Positions 61,348 through 64,000 of a stretch of DNA of 64,000 nucleotides are shown piece after piece. The notes below the pieces were generated by a model. It was not told where the DNA came from. It ran no database searches and saw nothing but the letters and a program-made list of their open reading frames with translations. The DNA is taken from positions 32,001 to 96,000 of the forward strand of contig BTVJ01000003.1 in NCBI GenBank assembly GCA_045863395.1. The letters are read 5' to 3'. The translations under genes were made by a program, and so were the position numbers. Positions within the stretch are counted from its first letter, which is position 1. Each line of letters starts with the position of its first letter. This DNA is from Myxococcales bacterium (lineage in GTDB: Bacteria; Myxococcota_A; UBA9042; JABWCM01; BTVJ01).

Positions 61348-62619
61348 TCACTGCTTGTACTTGCAGATGTAGGTGACCTCTACCTTCGCGCCCTCCTTCG
61401 TGGCGGCCTCGCAGGCGGCGCCGTAGAGCTGCATGACGTCCCCCTCCAGGAGGTCCCACCCATCCGTGTGCGTGGGGTCCTTCAGCACCTTCTCCCCGTC
61501 GATCTCCAGGGCGATGAAGGCTGTTCCCGGCGGGATCTGGAGCGGCACGCTGCAGCTCCCGACGGACCCGGCGATGGCGTCGAGCGCAGCGACGAGGTCC
61601 GCCCCGTTGGCGGTGTCATAGTACTTGGGGTCACCAGCCTGGGCCGTGCCGCCAATCTCCGCCATCTTGTTCAAGACCTTCTTGGCCCCGCTGGAGCCGG
61701 TGATGCCGATGACGTAGACCTTGGTCTGCTTCGCGACCAGGGAGCTGACGGCCGTGAAGACCTCGTCCTCCGCGCACTGGTCCTCGTTGAAGCACAGGAA
61801 GTCACAGCCGAACGCGCAGCCGCACTTGCCGCAGTCGATGGCGCAGTTGGGCTTGCCGTCCGTGGCGACGATGACGATGCGCTCGCCCGCCGGATTGGCC
61901 TGGTTCACGACCTGGAGCGCCGCTTGGAGGGCGCCTCCCGTCGGTGTCCCGCCGCCGGTGCCCGCCGCCTCCATGACGTCCACGATGGCGGGGCCGTTGT
62001 TGAGGGCGAAGCCGACGTCGGCCTTGGCGGGAAGCACGCAGCCCCCGCCCGACTTGGGCGGGAACAGGAGGAGGCCGAAGTTGATGTATGGCCCGTGGAC
62101 CTCCAGGACCTCCGCTACGGCGGCCTTGGTCTGCTCCCAGTTGGTGCCCTCCATGCTCCCAGAGCGATCCATCACGATGAGCACCGTGGCCGGGACCTTG
62201 GGCTTCTCCAGGGTGACCTCGTCCTCTCCACAGGTGGGCAGCACCGTGCCGTTGCCGGTGTCCTTCGATGGCGTGCCCACGTCCTCGGGCTGCGTGACGG
62301 GCACATCGGGCTCGTGCGTGTCCCAAACAGGAGGGATGGGGGTGTCGTCTGGGGTCACGTCCTGGAGTACGTCCGGCACTACCTCGCCAGTGTCTTCGAG
62401 GGGGGCCAGGGCGTCGTCTCCGGCGACATCGCTGCCAGCACCGTAGCCGTAACCGCCGCCCCCGAAGGTGCCGCCGCTCGGCGCGCCCCCGGCGCTGTCC
62501 GCGGTCCCCTGCCACGCGGAGCTCGGGTCGACCGCGGCGCCCGGGTCGCTGCAGGCGGTGAGCGCCAGCAGCAGGGGCGCGATCCAGAGAGCGATCCGTA
62601 CGGGCTGCGTGGGCTGCAT
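61348..62619 (-). CDS. von Willebrand factor A (vWA) domain lipoprotein, myxobacterial type
   Basis: LLALTA/C lipobox; Asp/Pro/Thr stalk; MIDAS DRSGS, GGTPTG, ATDGKPNC; Cys-rich insert. Confidence 0.88.
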   Translation of the reverse strand: MQPTQPVRIALWIAPLLLALTACSDPGAAVDPSSAWQGTADSAGGAPSGGTFGGGGYGYGAGSDVAGDDALAPLEDTGEVVPDVLQDVTPDDTPIPPVWDTHEPDVPVTQPEDVGTPSKDTGNGTVLPTCGEDEVTLEKPKVPATVLIVMDRSGSMEGTNWEQTKAAVAEVLEVHGPYINFGLLLFPPKSGGGCVLPAKADVGFALNNGPAIVDVMEAAGTGGGTPTGGALQAALQVVNQANPAGERIVIVATDGKPNCAIDCGKCGCAFGCDFLCFNEDQCAEDEVFTAVSSLVAKQTKVYVIGITGSSGAKKVLNKMAEIGGTAQAGDPKYYDTANGADLVAALDAIAGSVGSCSVPLQIPPGTAFIALEIDGEKVLKDPTHTDGWDLLEGDVMQLYGAACEAATKEGAKVEVTYICKYKQ

Positions 62620-62811
62620 GGGCGTCCTCGGGTGTGAACTCTGGCGCCGCCAAGGATACGCACTCGACGCGGGATGCTCAACCACGACCGGTCTGTTGGC
62701 TTGCGTCCCGATGGCGATTCGGGTGTGAATAGGAACCGGATCGGACCGTCGACGGCCCGGCCGCAGCAAGCGGCGCACCACAATGCAGTCACGGACTCAG
62801 GAGGTCTAGTC

Positions 62812-63294
62812 ATGTTTCGACGGATGATGGTCGTGCTCGGGCTCGCGGTGACGTGTACCGCGACGACGGCGGCAGCGCAGACGCGGCTCTCGGGAGAGGC
62901 GCTCTCGCCTGTGCGCGACGCGGTGATGGCGACGGGGATCAACGTGATCGAGCAGCGCACCATGGTAGGGCCCGCGGGCACCGAAGATCTGTGGCTCTAC
63001 ACCAACGACTCCTACGACAACACCGTACAGCGGCTCAAGAAGGTGTTCACGGCAGAGACGGCGCTGCCCGGTGGGTGGCGGGTCGTCGCCCACGTCCGCA
63101 TGGTGAACAGCGGGGACTTCAACTTCACGCTGCGCAACGACGCGGGCGAGTCCATGCTGCTCCAGGTGCGGCCCGACGGAGACAAGGCCATCGCCCGCAT
63201 CGAGGGGCGCAAGAGGGGGGACTCGCGCAGCCGCCCCCAGTCCCGGCCCGCCCAGCCTGACGCAGTCCCGCTCCCCGTCGACTTCACACCCTAG
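62812..63294 (+). CDS. Hypothetical secreted protein (160 aa)
   Basis: AGGAGG RBS; signal peptide MFRRMMVVLGLAVTCTATTAAA/Q. Confidence 0.75.
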   Translation: MFRRMMVVLGLAVTCTATTAAAQTRLSGEALSPVRDAVMATGINVIEQRTMVGPAGTEDLWLYTNDSYDNTVQRLKKVFTAETALPGGWRVVAHVRMVNSGDFNFTLRNDAGESMLLQVRPDGDKAIARIEGRKRGDSRSRPQSRPAQPDAVPLPVDFTP

Positions 63295-63459
63295 TAGGGC
63301 GTCGCATAAGTAATGATGCAATCCGGAGGGTCGAGGCGCCCCGCCAGGCGTTCGGCCCAAGCGCCGGAATACTCATGGTATTTCAAGCTTGGGCCGGGCG
63401 CCTGGCGGGGATGGATCGGCCCTCCCGGTTGCATCATTACTTCGGCGACGCCCTACTAG
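63291..63459. mobile_element. 169-bp palindromic MITE/REP-like element bounded by CTAG
   Basis: Terminal inverted repeat CTAGTAGGGCGTCGC...GCGACGCCCTACTAG, inner arms AAGTAATGATGCAA/TTGCATCATTACTT, CCCCGCCAGGCG/CGCCTGGCGGGG, CGGCCCAAGC/GCTTGGGCCG, apex AATAC-TCATG-GTATT. Confidence 0.7.
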
Positions 63460-63501
63460 AGTCGTCGCCCCCCAGGCGCCGCGGCGGATTCGCCTCGCTG
63501 G

Positions 63502-64000
63502 CTACCGCCCCTTCCCCTTCGGTCGCCCCCCGCCCTTCTTCCCCTTCCTGGGTGCCTTGGACGCCTTCTTCGCCGCCTTCTCCAGGCGCTGGCACTCCGC
63601 GCGTAGCCGGTGCGCGTTCTTGCGTGTCCAGCGGCTCCAGTGGGTGTAGGCGTCCTCGCGGCTCCACCCGGTCGAGCCAGGGTCGGTCTTCGCGATGTAG
63701 GTGAGGCCGCGCTGCGCGTTGAAGGAGACGTGGTCGCGGGTGTCGATGATGGCGCCGAGCAGAGCCGTCGCGGCCCGCGCGTCCAGCGCCTCCATGGGGT
63801 AACCAGCGGCATTGAAGCCCTCCACCAGCCAGTCGAGCGGGGAGCGGTCCTTGTTCGTGGCCCACCAGGCGCTCCACTGGTCAGCGGCCTCCTGCACGGG
63901 CCGGGCGTGCGCGGCGGAGACCACCCCTCCCGACGCCGAGCCGGCTGGGGTGGCCAGGTCGGCCGTGGTCCGGTTGGTCAAGAGCGCCAGGGCCTCCTGG
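63502..64000 (-). CDS. Hypothetical helical (HEAT-like) protein, 5'-partial, Lys-rich C-terminus
   Basis: Frame is open to the window end (QEALALLTNRT...); two 'W..WW/W..W' capped helical units. Confidence 0.65.
   Translation of the reverse strand, partial: QEALALLTNRTTADLATPAGSASGGVVSAAHARPVQEAADQWSAWWATNKDRSPLDWLVEGFNAAGYPMEALDARAATALLGAIIDTRDHVSFNAQRGLTYIAKTDPGSTGWSREDAYTHWSRWTRKNAHRLRAECQRLEKAAKKASKAPRKGKKGGGRPKGKGR

Noticed and set aside
63375..63704. Short ORFs starting inside the palindromic element
   Set aside because: They arise from the repeat sequence and run antisense to the downstream gene; no RBS or coding signal.

Overview
High-GC bacterial DNA whose gene content (Cys-rich surface proteins, several Ser/Thr kinases, FHA-sigma54 activator, vWA and HEAT lipoproteins) points to a Myxococcota-like deltaproteobacterium; this is an inference, not a database result. 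About 42 CDSs are supported. I found no rRNA, tRNA, CRISPR array, transposase or phage genes. Housekeeping blocks: leuB-like / thiolase / LeuA-family synthase / tkt; sod; fbp; aceB; plsB-nadA-tilS-ftsH-folP-cdaA-cdaR-glmM-nnr-trmN6; clpP; rpsA. Accessory highlights: (1) a self-contained redox module at 31.5-38.5 kb: a histidine kinase with two periplasmic CxxCH motifs and a sigma54 response regulator, divergent from an operon preceded by twin CCTGACA-N3-TGTCAGG palindromes and a -24/-12 promoter; the operon encodes a small membrane protein, a cNMP-like domain fused to a tetraheme cytochrome c, a Tat-exported 4Fe-4S protein and an NrfD/DsrP-type membrane protein, with no catalytic subunit; (2) a ~3,060-aa lipoprotein built of ~385-aa units (8 lamin-tail-like domains, 7 'VDWCRLQWP' domains); (3) a kinase / degenerate cyclase / STAND ATPase / TPR protein plus a receptor kinase, divergent from an FHA-sigma54 activator; (4) a 169-bp CTAG-bounded palindromic MITE/REP-like element; (5) a metallo-beta-lactamase-fold protein that has lost most metal ligands, and several small ORFs. 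Start codons were re-picked by eye from RBS and protein features and are approximate.
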